DNA from: Pontiella sp.
GTDB lineage: Bacteria > Verrucomicrobiota > Kiritimatiellia > Kiritimatiellales > Pontiellaceae
DNA length: 64,000 nucleotides
Direction of reading: 5' to 3'
NCBI GenBank assembly: GCA_050290185.1
Contig: JBNKHE010000003.1
Coordinates: 1 to 64,000 of the forward strand
Positions within the stretch are counted from its first letter, which is position 1. The number at the start of each line of letters is the position of its first letter. The notes under the pieces are model-generated. The model was given only the letters and a program-made list of their open reading frames with translations. It was not told where the DNA came from and searched no databases. The translations under genes and the position numbers were made by a program. This document shows positions 16,902-27,560 of the stretch, piece by piece.

Positions 16902-18212
16902 ATGGTGACACGGCTAACACTAGTGACATGGATTGCAGCACTTAATGTGCTGGCGGCTGTGGACTATCCGTCCCGTCCGCCTAGGCAGAATATCGATGCG
17001 CACGATCCGGCTGTGCTGAAGGACGATAATTATTTCTACGTATATGGAACACACAACATGCCGGTTTGGAGATCGAAGGATCTGATCGACTTTGATCGCG
17101 TGGAAGACCGTCTGTTGCGGCGCGTGCCCGATGAGGCGGAAGATCATGTCGGCGAAGGCGGTCACTCGCTTTGGGCGCCGGACATGGTCAAGGTGGGGAG
17201 CGAATACCGGCTGTACTATTGCTTGTCCCGCTTCGGCTCCAGCCAGTCCTACATCGGCTTCCTCGTCGGAAAGTCACCGACCGGCACCTTCAAGGATGGA
17301 GGCGGTGTCATTCGTTCCAGCGATCCTATGGACGAGCAGGGTTGGCCGAACGCGTTGGATCCGGCCATTCTGACCGATGCCGATGACCGGCAATGGATGG
17401 TCTACGGCTCCTTTTTCGGAGGCATCTACGTGTTGCGCCTCGATGAGGACGGGGAGGCCCGAAGCAAGGGATCGGTCGGCGAGCGGATTGCCTATCGGCA
17501 AGGGACCGCACTCGAAGGGCCATACGCCATCTATAATCCGAAGCTGAAGGAATACTTTCTGTTTGTTTCCTACGACAAGCTGGACTCCACCTACAACGTC
17601 CGCGTGGGTCGCGCCAAGCGGCCCGATGGCCCGTACAAGGATTTCAACAAAAAGGACATGGCTGGCGGGGAAGACAATCTACCCAAGATTCTTAACAGTT
17701 ATGCCTTTGAAAACCATACGGGCTGGTTTGGTCCGGGACACAACAGCGTGGTGCGCGACGGCGACAATTATTTCATGGTTCATCATGCGCGCGAAGAGGT
17801 TGATGGACGCAAGATCGTGCATACGCATGTGCGCAAAATGGTCTTCACCGACGATGGCTGGCCGGTGGTTTCGCCCGAACGCTATGCCGGAGAGAAGGAA
17901 CAACCCATTCCGGATAAGGAAATGTTCGGTACGTGGGAATGGTTGCCGATAGACCCCGGCAACAATGGCTTGCAGCGGGCGAAACCGGGACTCGTATTTG
18001 AGGAAGGTGGCGTTGTGCAGTTCGGGGACGAGGAGGGTAAATGGCAGATCAAACCACCTAACGTTTTGCGGTTCAAACTGGGGAACGATTCGATGGTCAG
18101 TGCCAAGATCCTGCCGGCGTGGGATTGGGAAAACGATGAGGAAACCCTGGTGTTCACCGGTCTTGATAAGGACGGAACGGCCGTATGGGGAAAGAAAAAA
18201 GATTCCGATTAA
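16902..18212 (+). CDS. GH43 endo-1,5-alpha-L-arabinanase with C-terminal beta domain
   Basis: AHDPAV, LWAPD, NALDP, YGSFFGGIY, EGPY, GPGHNS, DGWPVVSPERYAGE. Confidence 0.9.
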   Translation: MVTRLTLVTWIAALNVLAAVDYPSRPPRQNIDAHDPAVLKDDNYFYVYGTHNMPVWRSKDLIDFDRVEDRLLRRVPDEAEDHVGEGGHSLWAPDMVKVGSEYRLYYCLSRFGSSQSYIGFLVGKSPTGTFKDGGGVIRSSDPMDEQGWPNALDPAILTDADDRQWMVYGSFFGGIYVLRLDEDGEARSKGSVGERIAYRQGTALEGPYAIYNPKLKEYFLFVSYDKLDSTYNVRVGRAKRPDGPYKDFNKKDMAGGEDNLPKILNSYAFENHTGWFGPGHNSVVRDGDNYFMVHHAREEVDGRKIVHTHVRKMVFTDDGWPVVSPERYAGEKEQPIPDKEMFGTWEWLPIDPGNNGLQRAKPGLVFEEGGVVQFGDEEGKWQIKPPNVLRFKLGNDSMVSAKILPAWDWENDEETLVFTGLDKDGTAVWGKKKDSD

Positions 18213-19225
18213 TGAAGATATTTGTTCATCTATTCGTCATGGGATTACTTGTGCTGTCTGCATCGGGGCGGACGCGGGACTACCTGAAAAAGCCGGACAG
18301 CTGGTTCGATGACGACGAGGCAGAAGAGATTGCGGAAAACATCCTGAGCTGGCAGTCGGAGCTAGGTGGCTGGCCCAAGAATGTGGATGTGGCCGGCAAG
18401 CCATACGAAGGTGACCGCGCTGAGTTAAAACCCACTTTTGACAACAGTGCTACGACTGACGAGCTACGCTTTCTGGCCCGAATCTATGACGAGACGCACG
18501 ATAAGGCATACAAGGACGCTTTCGAACGCGGGTTCGACTATATCATCGATGCCCAGTATCCAACCGGAGGATGGCCGCAGTACTATCCGCCGAGCAGTCA
18601 TTACCACCGCTATATCACGTTCAATGACGGTGCCATGGTGCGGTTGATGGTTTTCCTGAAAGAGGTGGTTGAGAACGAGGACTACTACGGTTTTCTGGAT
18701 AGCCATCGCGAAAATGCAGCCAAGGAAGCCTTCAAGGATGGCATTCAATGCATCCTGAAATGCCAGATCAAGGTCGACGGCAAGCTGACGGCCTGGTGCG
18801 CGCAGCACGATGAGAAAAACTATGAACCCCGTCCGGGCCGTGCGTTCGAACTGGTGTCGATCAGTGGTTCGGAATCGGTGGGCATTGTTGAAATGCTCAT
18901 GGACCTCGAGGATCCCGGCGATGAGGTGATTGAGGCGGTGGATGCGGCCGTCGCCTGGTTCAAGGAGGTGCAGATCAAAGGTATTCGTATCGAAGTGCGC
19001 GACGGCAACAAAGTGGTGGTTGAAGATGCGGGTGCGCCGCCGTTATGGGCGCGCTTTTACGAGATCGGCTCCAACCGGCCCTTTTTCTGCGGCCGCGACG
19101 GGATCAAGAAATACGATATATTGGAGATCGAGAGCGAGCGGCGCAACGGGTATCGCTGGTATGGCAACTGGCCGCAACGCCTGATCGAGAAGGACTATCC
19201 AGCGTGGAAGAAACGAGTCGATTAA
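18212..19225 (+). CDS. Pectate lyase PL10 (PelA/Pel-15E type)
   Basis: GGWPKN, TFDNSAT, QYPTGGWPQYYP, ITFNDGAM, WCAQHDE, ERRNGYRWY. Confidence 0.93.
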   Translation: MKIFVHLFVMGLLVLSASGRTRDYLKKPDSWFDDDEAEEIAENILSWQSELGGWPKNVDVAGKPYEGDRAELKPTFDNSATTDELRFLARIYDETHDKAYKDAFERGFDYIIDAQYPTGGWPQYYPPSSHYHRYITFNDGAMVRLMVFLKEVVENEDYYGFLDSHRENAAKEAFKDGIQCILKCQIKVDGKLTAWCAQHDEKNYEPRPGRAFELVSISGSESVGIVEMLMDLEDPGDEVIEAVDAAVAWFKEVQIKGIRIEVRDGNKVVVEDAGAPPLWARFYEIGSNRPFFCGRDGIKKYDILEIESERRNGYRWYGNWPQRLIEKDYPAWKKRVD

Positions 19226-19238
19226 CAGGAGATGTACA

Positions 19239-19922
19239 GTGTTGTCTGATCGCGTAAATAAACCGAATCACTTGCTCGAGCCCGTGTGCCTTGAGGAGGT
19301 CGTCTTCGACTGGAAGACGGAAACCTGGATGGGGCGTCATGAAGCCATCTGCAAAGCCGTGCAGGAAGGCGATCCCGAAGTGATTTTTATCGGCGACTCC
19401 ATCACCCACCATTGGGAACGAGATGGCGTTGAATCCTGGGTCGCCAACTATGCAAAATATCGTCCGGTCAACATGGGTTTTGGCGGCGACCGCATCCAGC
19501 ATCTGCTATGGCGCCTGCAGCATGGGGAGCTGGAAAACATATCGCCCAAACTGGCCGTTCTGCTGATCGGAACCAACAACTCGGCGGATAATACGGCGGA
19601 AGAGATCTCCGAGGGGATTGAGGCGGTCTGTTCGCTAATCCGCGAAAAGCTGCCGCAAACCAAAATCCTGTTGCATGCCGTTTTCCCACGCGATACGCCG
19701 GACGGCGCACGACGTAAGGTCAACGATCAGGTTAATCAAATGATCTGCAAGCTCGACGATGGCGAGTGGATCCATTTCCGCGATATGGGCAGATTCCTTG
19801 TGGATGAGCAGGGCGTCATCAAGAAGGAATTGATGGAGGACCTGTTGCATCCAACTGCGGCCGGCTATGCGGAATGGGCGAAAATACAGGAACCCGTAAT
19901 CGAAGAGCTGCTGAAGGGATAA
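19239..19922 (+). CDS. SGNH/GDSL acetylesterase (PAF-AH-like)
   Basis: FIGDSIT, NMGFGGD, LIGTNN, DLLHP. Confidence 0.9.
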   Translation: MLSDRVNKPNHLLEPVCLEEVVFDWKTETWMGRHEAICKAVQEGDPEVIFIGDSITHHWERDGVESWVANYAKYRPVNMGFGGDRIQHLLWRLQHGELENISPKLAVLLIGTNNSADNTAEEISEGIEAVCSLIREKLPQTKILLHAVFPRDTPDGARRKVNDQVNQMICKLDDGEWIHFRDMGRFLVDEQGVIKKELMEDLLHPTAAGYAEWAKIQEPVIEELLKG

Positions 19923-19923
19923 G

Positions 19924-22584
19924 GTGATGAGAAAACGATTTGGAATGGTATGTCTTGGGATGATGGCGGCCGGTGCATGCCTGGCTACCGAACCGGTGGA
20001 GCTGCATTGGCTGTCGGGCAAGGTTCCTGCGGTGGAACAGGGGATTGCATGGGGTGTTCCATGGCCGGCAGGGGCCTGTACCGCGGATCAGTCGTTTGTC
20101 TTGAATACGTCCGACGGGACGTCGATTCCCGTTGAGAGCTGGCCGTTGGCCTACTGGCCCGACGGATCGCTTAAATGGAGCGGACACGCAGCGTTGGCAA
20201 CGCCCGGTCTGTCGGATCGGCTTGTGCTGTCGGCCGGTGAACCTGCGCTTCCGGTCAATCCGATCACCGCAACCGATCTGGACTCCCAGATCAAGATTGA
20301 TACCGGCAATCTTTCCTGCGTGCTGGAAAAATCGGGACCGGTGCTGATCCAAAGCCTGATGATCGACGGCCGGGAAGTTGGCAGAGGTCTGCATCCGGTG
20401 GGATATGTGCAAAACGCGCCATCGGATTCCATCACCAATATTCAGGTCAAGACCCTGGGCGGTCGGATTGCCTCGGCCGTGCTCGAACAGAGCAGTCCCG
20501 TCCGGGCCGTGGTGAAAGTCGACGGGGAATATAACGGCGGATTTTCGAAGGATGGAATCGTTCCGTTTTCAGCGCGACTCTATTTCTATGCGGGATCGCC
20601 ATCGATCCGCATCGTCTACACGATCCGCTACGAGGGCGACGAGAAGCAGGATTATATTCGCGGTCTTGGATTGAAAATGGATATTCCGTTGCGGGAAGGA
20701 ACGCTGAACCGGCATGTGCTGTTGGCCGGAGAGGGCGATGGGGTTTGGCACGAGCCGACCCGCATGTTTGCAGCCCGCACCACGCGATTGGATCCGGACA
20801 AGGATGAGATCCTGAAAAACCAGCTAGCCGGTAAGCCGTTGCTGGAACCGTCCGAATACGGCGAGAAGCGTGAAAAGATCATTGCGGATATTGCGGAATG
20901 GGACGGGGTAAAGCTAATGCAGCTGTCGCCGGATTCCTTTGCCGTATTCAAGCGCACAGGGGCGGAAAGCTGCTGGCTCAAGAGTGATTGGGGCGGCCGT
21001 TCGCGAGGAAGCGCATTTGCCGGCGATACCTCGGGCGGCATCCAGTGGAGTCTTCGAGACTTCTGGGAGAGTTATCCGTCCACTTTCGAGATCACGGGAA
21101 TGACCACACATACGGCGAGCATGACACTGTGGCTGTGGCCGCCGGACAGTCCTGCCATGGATCTGCGGCATTACGATACCAAGGGACACGGATTGAGCGC
21201 GGCCTATGAGGACTACGAGGAAGGACATTCCACACCCTATGGGGTGGCACGGACGTTCGAAATGACCTTGCGGGCTGAGCCGGCGGTTACTTCGAACGAA
21301 ACCTTCAGCTCGGTCGCCACTTCCGATACGACGCCGGCGCGGTTGATCTGCTCGCCTGAATACTATCATTCCGTTCCCGTGTTTGGGCGCTGGAGCCTTC
21401 CGGACACTTCGACGCCTTCGAAAAAATGGGTGGAGGACCGGCTGGCTATCCTTCTGGATTATCTGAAGGGGGAAATTGAGAACCGCCATTGGTACGGGTT
21501 CTGGGACTACGGCGATGTGATGCACCAGTACGATACGATCCGGCATCAATGGAAATACGACATCGGCGGATTTGCCTGGGCGAATACAGAGCTTGCTCCC
21601 AATCTGTGGCTATGGACGAGTTTTCTGCGCACCGGCGATCCGGACGTTTTCCGCATGGCGGAAGCCATGACCCGCCACACCTCAGAGGTGGACATGTACC
21701 ATTCCGGTCCGATGATGGGGCTGGGATCCCGGCACAACGTGCGCCATTGGGGCGGGGGAGCAAAAGAGGTCCGTATCAGCCAGGCGCTGTTTCATCGTCC
21801 CTACTACTACCTGACGGCCGACGAACGCGTAGGCGATATCATGACGTCGGTGGCCGACAACGAGCAGGCGCTGCTGCGGGTGAATCCCCTGCGCAAGGTG
21901 GCGCCCAAGACCGACTGGCCGACGCAGGCGCGCATCGGACCGGACTGGTTTGCGTTGGCCGGCGACTGGTACACGGCGTGGGAACGCACCGGCGACATCC
22001 ACTACCGCGATAAGATTCTGACGGGCATGAACAGTATTGTGTCGTTGCCGTACCAACTCTTTACAGGACCCTATATGAACTACGATCCGGCGACGGGCAA
22101 ATTCGGTTTGATCAACAACGAAGCCACCGCCGAAGCATCGCACATGGAGTCGATTTTTGGTGGCGCGGAACTAATGTTCGAATTGCATGGCCAGTTGGAT
22201 AATCCGGCGTGGGACCAGGCTTGGCTCGAGTTCTGCGAACGGTATGTCTGGGATGCGGACGAATGGGAGGCGCATGGATTGACGCCGCCGAAAATCGGCG
22301 CCTATCCCGGATGGCATGCCCGCTTGACCGCATTCGCCGCCGAGCAGAAGAACGACCCTTCGATGGGCGTGCGCGCATGGAACGTCTTCCTGTCAGCGGA
22401 CGATCCGGGCGGCTATCCGGCGGTGCCCATGGAATACGGCGGACCGGCGACTCTCAATCCAGGGCGGCAAATGGGGTGGGGATCCATCAACCACATGTCC
22501 CAATGGAGCTTGAATGCGATCGAAGTTCTAGAGTTTGCTGGTAAACCCATTCCGGATAATGTATTTAAAAGGTTGGCAAAGTAG
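19924..22584 (+). CDS. Exo-rhamnogalacturonan lyase (PL26, YetA-like)
   Basis: WGVPWPAG, WPLAYWPDGSLKWSGHA, MDLRHYD, WYGFWDYGDVMH, YDIGGFAWANTEL, LGSRHNVRHWG. Confidence 0.88.
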   Translation: MMRKRFGMVCLGMMAAGACLATEPVELHWLSGKVPAVEQGIAWGVPWPAGACTADQSFVLNTSDGTSIPVESWPLAYWPDGSLKWSGHAALATPGLSDRLVLSAGEPALPVNPITATDLDSQIKIDTGNLSCVLEKSGPVLIQSLMIDGREVGRGLHPVGYVQNAPSDSITNIQVKTLGGRIASAVLEQSSPVRAVVKVDGEYNGGFSKDGIVPFSARLYFYAGSPSIRIVYTIRYEGDEKQDYIRGLGLKMDIPLREGTLNRHVLLAGEGDGVWHEPTRMFAARTTRLDPDKDEILKNQLAGKPLLEPSEYGEKREKIIADIAEWDGVKLMQLSPDSFAVFKRTGAESCWLKSDWGGRSRGSAFAGDTSGGIQWSLRDFWESYPSTFEITGMTTHTASMTLWLWPPDSPAMDLRHYDTKGHGLSAAYEDYEEGHSTPYGVARTFEMTLRAEPAVTSNETFSSVATSDTTPARLICSPEYYHSVPVFGRWSLPDTSTPSKKWVEDRLAILLDYLKGEIENRHWYGFWDYGDVMHQYDTIRHQWKYDIGGFAWANTELAPNLWLWTSFLRTGDPDVFRMAEAMTRHTSEVDMYHSGPMMGLGSRHNVRHWGGGAKEVRISQALFHRPYYYLTADERVGDIMTSVADNEQALLRVNPLRKVAPKTDWPTQARIGPDWFALAGDWYTAWERTGDIHYRDKILTGMNSIVSLPYQLFTGPYMNYDPATGKFGLINNEATAEASHMESIFGGAELMFELHGQLDNPAWDQAWLEFCERYVWDADEWEAHGLTPPKIGAYPGWHARLTAFAAEQKNDPSMGVRAWNVFLSADDPGGYPAVPMEYGGPATLNPGRQMGWGSINHMSQWSLNAIEVLEFAGKPIPDNVFKRLAK

Positions 22585-22618
22585 GGGTTGTTTACGACCC
22601 AAAGAGGAGAGCAAGACT

Positions 22619-23431
22619 ATGGTGCGTTACTTGGCATGCGGATATCGCGACTTCAAGAAACACCCGGTTCCGGTTGACGAGCGGTTGAACTGGGAAGTCT
22701 ATGTAGTGGCCGATGGGCAAATGGCTCCGGTTTTTCCGGATCGCCCGGATATTCCATTGAAGAGCGAATATGTTTGGGTGATTCCTCCGGGCCTTTCTTA
22801 TGGCTGGAAAAGCGGAAGGAAAGCGCCCAAGCGCTATGTTGTGCATTTGACATCTGTGCCGGACGCCCTCAAGCAGGCGGCCGATGAACGCGGCTATTTC
22901 GGACGGCAAATCACTCCGGCTGAAATCCAGCAGATCGATAAACTCTACCAGCGCTTTAACCAGCACCGCATGTCCTTTTCACCACTCAGTGGATTAAAAG
23001 TCGAAAAAGCGGTCATTGACTTAGCGTTACTTCTACTCAAGGACGTAAAGCTTGTTAGCAAGGTGCCGTTGGATCAGGTGGATGAACAACGGGTGGAATC
23101 GGTACTGGTCTGGTATCGTGAACACATGAACGAGTCGCCGACCATCGATGCCGCAGCCTCGGCGGTTCACATATCGGCCGGGCATCTCCGCAGAATATTC
23201 CAGCGGGCCAGGGGGTGCTCTCCGCACGATGCCTTCATTGCCATGCGTTTGGCCCATGCCAAGGAGCTTCTCAGTTCGACATCCCATGATTTAGTGGAGG
23301 TTGGTCGTCAATGCGGATTTGGAAGTGACAGTGATTTTTGTCGTGTCTTTTCAAAGCATGTGGGCGTGTCTCCTCATAAATGGCGGACCAATATCAATAT
23401 GCAGGAAGCCGGATCTCCATCGGTCGCATGA
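22619..23431 (+). CDS. AraC family transcriptional regulator
   Basis: Cupin-like N-terminus; C-terminal HLRRIF...AKELL...CGFGSDSDFCRVFSKHVGVSPHKWR; GAGGAG RBS. Confidence 0.93.
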   Translation: MVRYLACGYRDFKKHPVPVDERLNWEVYVVADGQMAPVFPDRPDIPLKSEYVWVIPPGLSYGWKSGRKAPKRYVVHLTSVPDALKQAADERGYFGRQITPAEIQQIDKLYQRFNQHRMSFSPLSGLKVEKAVIDLALLLLKDVKLVSKVPLDQVDEQRVESVLVWYREHMNESPTIDAAASAVHISAGHLRRIFQRARGCSPHDAFIAMRLAHAKELLSSTSHDLVEVGRQCGFGSDSDFCRVFSKHVGVSPHKWRTNINMQEAGSPSVA

Positions 23432-23472
23432 CCACGGTATGTACAGGAATTGGTGACTAACAAGGATTTAGC

Positions 23473-24621
23473 ATGAAACGGATTAACACAAAGCCCCGCA
23501 AGGTTAACAAAGGTGCACCCAGCGGATTGGTGGTCAGCTTGGCAGTACATGCGGTCGCTTTTTTCGTGGCGGGCCTGTTTGTGGTTTTCAAGGTGCTCCC
23601 GGAACCGGAGCCGGATTTCAAGCCGCCGCCACCGGTTGAGCGTCCGAAGATGAAGCTCAAGAAGCCGAAGGTGAAGGTCAAGAAAAGCTCTAATCCAAAG
23701 CCTTCCTCGCGTATCGTGGCCAAGGTGAAGTCCAAGCAGATGCCTGAAATCCAGCTCCCCGACCTGATGGGAACAGGAGACGGTCTGATGGGCGGAACGG
23801 GACTGGGCGGCGAATTTCTGGACCTTCCGGAAATTTCACAGGTGAGCATCATGGGGACCCAGGAAACGGTCGGCAGCGATCTGGTGGGTACGTTTTATGA
23901 CTTCAAGCGCTATCCCAATGGAAAATTCAATGGTGTTTCGGAAGACGATCGGTCGTTCATACCGATCTGGCTGGGTGACGTGAACCAGTTCATCACCCAC
24001 GGCTTCGATCCGGCGACCCTAAATAATAAATATTACCACTCATCGAAAAAGTTGTATGCCAGTTGCCTGGTGGTCTCACCAACGTGGACCTCGATTGCCC
24101 CGAGTGCGTTCGATACGCCCGACAGCGGCGGAGGTTACTGGATGGTGCACTACAAGGGAAAGCTGGTGAACAAGGACGGGATTACCTTCCGGTTCGTGTG
24201 CCAGGCGGACTATTTCATTGTCATTGCCGTGGATGGCGAGATTGTTTGGGCCGGGGTTTGGAATACCCCGGACCGCTACAATGATTTCATGGATTTGATC
24301 GGCACGAAGTACAACCCCCGTTTCGACACCCGGAGGAAGTTCATTGGCAACGATCGTTGCATGGCGGGCGAATGGATTACCCTGCAGCCCGGGGTGGAAA
24401 AGGATATAGACATCGTCATTGGCGATGAGAACGGGGAGTGTGGCTTTATCATCGCCGTCGAGGAGAAGGACGCGGAATATGAAAAAAATGAGTATGGCGA
24501 ACCGATCTACCCCATCTTCCGGACGGGAGAGCTGTCGCACGACATGTTGGACCAGATCTACAAGGATCTGCCCGTGGGTGAGGTTTGCTGCACGAACGGA
24601 CCGATATTCAATGATTTCTAG
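23473..24621 (+). CDS. Membrane-anchored protein: TonB-like TM (SLAVH) + Pro/Lys linker + PA14-like domain
   Basis: Single TM, then PEPEPDFKPPPPVERPKMKLKKPK; LVGTFYD...WMVHYKGKL...FRFVCQADYFIVIAVDGEIV is PA14-like. Confidence 0.65.
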   Translation: MKRINTKPRKVNKGAPSGLVVSLAVHAVAFFVAGLFVVFKVLPEPEPDFKPPPPVERPKMKLKKPKVKVKKSSNPKPSSRIVAKVKSKQMPEIQLPDLMGTGDGLMGGTGLGGEFLDLPEISQVSIMGTQETVGSDLVGTFYDFKRYPNGKFNGVSEDDRSFIPIWLGDVNQFITHGFDPATLNNKYYHSSKKLYASCLVVSPTWTSIAPSAFDTPDSGGGYWMVHYKGKLVNKDGITFRFVCQADYFIVIAVDGEIVWAGVWNTPDRYNDFMDLIGTKYNPRFDTRRKFIGNDRCMAGEWITLQPGVEKDIDIVIGDENGECGFIIAVEEKDAEYEKNEYGEPIYPIFRTGELSHDMLDQIYKDLPVGEVCCTNGPIFNDF

Positions 24622-24642
24622 TCCAGCACGGAGGACCGATCA

Positions 24643-25443
24643 ATGCGAGAGAATAGAACAGGCACTGGGATGACGGACTCAGTAAAGAGGGTAATGATGT
24701 TTTTAGCCGTTTGTGGATTGTGCTCGGGTGCATTCGCAGGCGAAATGCGGACGTGGCATTTATCTGATGGCAGGACAATAGAGGCGGAGTTTGTACGGAT
24801 CCTGTTCGATAAGCTGGTGCTCAAGGATGCCGAGGGCAAGGAAGTGAATATTCCTAGAGACTCCTTCAAGCTTTCCGATGATGACCTCGAATATCTGGAA
24901 CTGGCGGAAGCTCCCGTACTGGATCTTCTTTTCAGGAAGTCCATCGAGAGGAAAAACTTCTCCAAAATAAAAGGGGCGGAAAATCGTCCGCCGGAACAGG
25001 TCGCGAACTTCGGCGTCAAGGTGGTCCAGAAAAGTACGGGAGAGTACAATCATCCGCTTACCATTGAGTTGTTTGCCATTGGACAGGAGATCAAAGGCGA
25101 CCGATATATTCTTCTCGATCGCATGACCAAGACTTTTACTCTCACCAAGGCGAACAAGCGTTCGGTTGAGGTCTTCAGCAAACGGACCGTTCGCATGACC
25201 GATCTATGGGACGGCAGCGAAAACTATTCGCGGCGGGGTGAGCAGTACTACGGCTTCATTGTCGTGGTCCGGGATAAGCGCGGCAAGCTGATCGCGGTGA
25301 ATGCATCGAACGAGTGGCTGGCGGATCATCTTGAAAATCTGGAAAAGCTAAAGGTCTTCAATTACATGGACGAGACCTGCGTCAGGACCTATCCCTCGCG
25401 GCCAAAGAGCTACGTCGCGAATATTGCAGCAGGTCGTGGCTAA
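24643..25443 (+). CDS. Exported protein with SHD1 (SLA1 homology domain 1)-like N-terminus
   Basis: Signal peptide, then MRTWHLSDGRTIEAEFV...LVLKDAEGKEVNIP..LSDDDLEYL. Confidence 0.75.
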   Translation: MRENRTGTGMTDSVKRVMMFLAVCGLCSGAFAGEMRTWHLSDGRTIEAEFVRILFDKLVLKDAEGKEVNIPRDSFKLSDDDLEYLELAEAPVLDLLFRKSIERKNFSKIKGAENRPPEQVANFGVKVVQKSTGEYNHPLTIELFAIGQEIKGDRYILLDRMTKTFTLTKANKRSVEVFSKRTVRMTDLWDGSENYSRRGEQYYGFIVVVRDKRGKLIAVNASNEWLADHLENLEKLKVFNYMDETCVRTYPSRPKSYVANIAAGRG

Positions 25444-25832
25444 CCATGCCTCTTGCCGGTGGGTTGATTAACCACGTCGATAGCCACAAGAAACTTCGTT
25501 CTGGAAACTATCTGGATCAGGAGCACAAGCGCCGTTTCCCCTTCCGTCCGGTATCCTTGCGGAATCTGTCTTTTTAGGCGTTGCTGGAGATGCTCCCGGT
25601 CGTGATTGGATTGTTTTTATGGCGTGGTTTCTGTGTATTTCGAGTCTGAATGCAATTCTTGATCGAGTAAATGTACGGATTTGTATAATTCTGGATTGCC
25701 TCTATTCATCAATAAATATTGCCACTAAACGACCTGCCGATTATCAACTATGGGTTACGCAGATGAATCGATGAGCGTGATTTATGCTGAACGCATCATC
25801 ACTGCATGGGCAAGCTGTTTTGGAGTATTGTT

Positions 25833-27182
25833 ATGAAAAAGAAGAAGGGGTTCTTTCGCAGTCATTCAAAATCGAGTGCCGCTCTGGTTAGTCTCGCAAT
25901 TCACGCCATATTGATCCTGGCAGCCTTTTTCTTTGTGGCCGTGTCAGTCGTCAAAAAAGATGATGTAGATTTCGCGGCGAAGCCGGTGTCCCGGCCCAAA
26001 ATGAATCTGCGAAGGTTGCAGGTTCCCGTAAATACAAAGACGCCGCCGAAGCAGCCAAGACTGCGTAAACAGATCATGGTTAAGCCGATAAACAAGGTGG
26101 CCCCCGATATTAAGATGCCGGAAATCGTTGGCGTAATAGGTGGTTTGGGATCGGCCGGAAGCAGTTTGGGCGGCGGGCCCTCCCTGGGATTCTCCCTTCC
26201 GGAAATCAACTTTTTCGGGGTCAAAGGAACGTCCGAGAAGATTCTTCTGATCCTGAATGGCGATGAGGAAATGTCGTCCGATAATCTTGGCGGGGCCTAT
26301 GGATTTGAAGTGATCAAGAAAGAGTGCCTGAATCTGATTGACGGTTTGCCCTTCTCGGCCGTGTTCAACATCGTTGTTTATGATGGCAGAACTGCAATAC
26401 AGTTGTTCGAGAGTATGGCGCCGGCTTCTGATGGGAATGTGCAGAAAGCCAAGGATTGGTTGATGCCGTTAAACCAGGTGATCGGTGCGAAGACCAAGTA
26501 CGGTTTGGGCACCCTGGGATCTGGCGGGACAAAAGTGGACCGTGACTTCCCGTTTGGAAAATTCAAAGAGGATGTTTTCGAGCCAAGATCCTGGAACGTG
26601 CCGGTGCTGCAAGCCATGAAGCAGCAGGCCGATACCGTTTTTCTGCTGACGAACAGCTGGGGCTCATGGATGTATATCGATCCCGAAGAACAAAAGGCGC
26701 TCCATGAGAAATGGTTTCAAACCGCGGAAGGACAGTTATTCAAGAAAAAAGCGGCAGAAGGGCGAAAGTTGCTTGATGAAGACAACAAGAAGAGAAAGGC
26801 CGCTGGTGAACCACCGAATGCACTCAACCGCAACAGTGATCGCGCCATTGTACGCTACTTTTTCGATGGCGTCGTCGAGCCGCCGAACGCGCCCCATCAG
26901 GATCTGGGCGTAAAGGACTTCATTAAAGCGTTTAAAGCAGCGTACAAAGCCTATTCCAAAGATGCGCCTAAGCTGGGGATTAAGAAAAAGAAATCCAAGT
27001 TTGCCCTGAACGTGATCTATTTCAAGCAGGAGGAGTTCAAGGATGAGAAAAGCCAGCGATACTCGGATCTGCACGAAGGCCAATTTTCGGCCTTGGCCAA
27101 GGCCCTCGACGGCGAGTGCCGCTCGATTGCCGGTCTCTCGGCCATCAAGAGCTATGTCGATGCTTCCTCGCTAGAGAACTAA
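25833..27182 (+). CDS. Membrane-anchored protein: TonB-like TM (SLAIH) + linker + vWA-like domain
   Basis: INFFGVKGTSEKILLILNGDEEM...FNIVVY...ADTVFLLTN...LNVIYF...LAKALDG follows a vWA-like strand order. Confidence 0.65.
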   Translation: MKKKKGFFRSHSKSSAALVSLAIHAILILAAFFFVAVSVVKKDDVDFAAKPVSRPKMNLRRLQVPVNTKTPPKQPRLRKQIMVKPINKVAPDIKMPEIVGVIGGLGSAGSSLGGGPSLGFSLPEINFFGVKGTSEKILLILNGDEEMSSDNLGGAYGFEVIKKECLNLIDGLPFSAVFNIVVYDGRTAIQLFESMAPASDGNVQKAKDWLMPLNQVIGAKTKYGLGTLGSGGTKVDRDFPFGKFKEDVFEPRSWNVPVLQAMKQQADTVFLLTNSWGSWMYIDPEEQKALHEKWFQTAEGQLFKKKAAEGRKLLDEDNKKRKAAGEPPNALNRNSDRAIVRYFFDGVVEPPNAPHQDLGVKDFIKAFKAAYKAYSKDAPKLGIKKKKSKFALNVIYFKQEEFKDEKSQRYSDLHEGQFSALAKALDGECRSIAGLSAIKSYVDASSLEN

Positions 27183-27253
27183 ATACGTCTGCGCTGCCAG
27201 AAGGGTTTTCCGCTCTATCCGGAAAAGAAACTCCAAAAGCTGTCGCCTACGAC

Positions 27254-27560
27254 TTACGGCGTTTCTGTGATTTGGAATGATCCGTTCAGGCGGATATCTT
27301 CGGATGACGCGCCAATACCGCTGTTGAGCATACCCGGCTCGAGCACCCGTTTGCGGGAGCGGTCGATCCAGTTGATGCTTGCGGGACGGTCGGAGAGCAG
27401 CACGACCACTGCCGACTTTCCGGTAGCCTGCAATGCGCGCACGAGTTTGTGCTGCGGAAGATCCAGACTGGACCGTGAGCGGCTTTCTCCGGTCATGGAA
27501 CCATTGTCGTACGGCAGCAACACGATCGCAGTCGCGGGCGGCGTCCACAGCCGCATCGAT
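27254..27560 (-). pseudogene. GH3 beta-glucosidase/xylosidase C-terminal-domain remnant
   Basis: IDAAVDAARDCD in one frame, then MTGESRSRSSLDLPQHKLVRALQATGKSAVVVLLSDRPASINW in another; no N-terminal domain. Confidence 0.75.
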
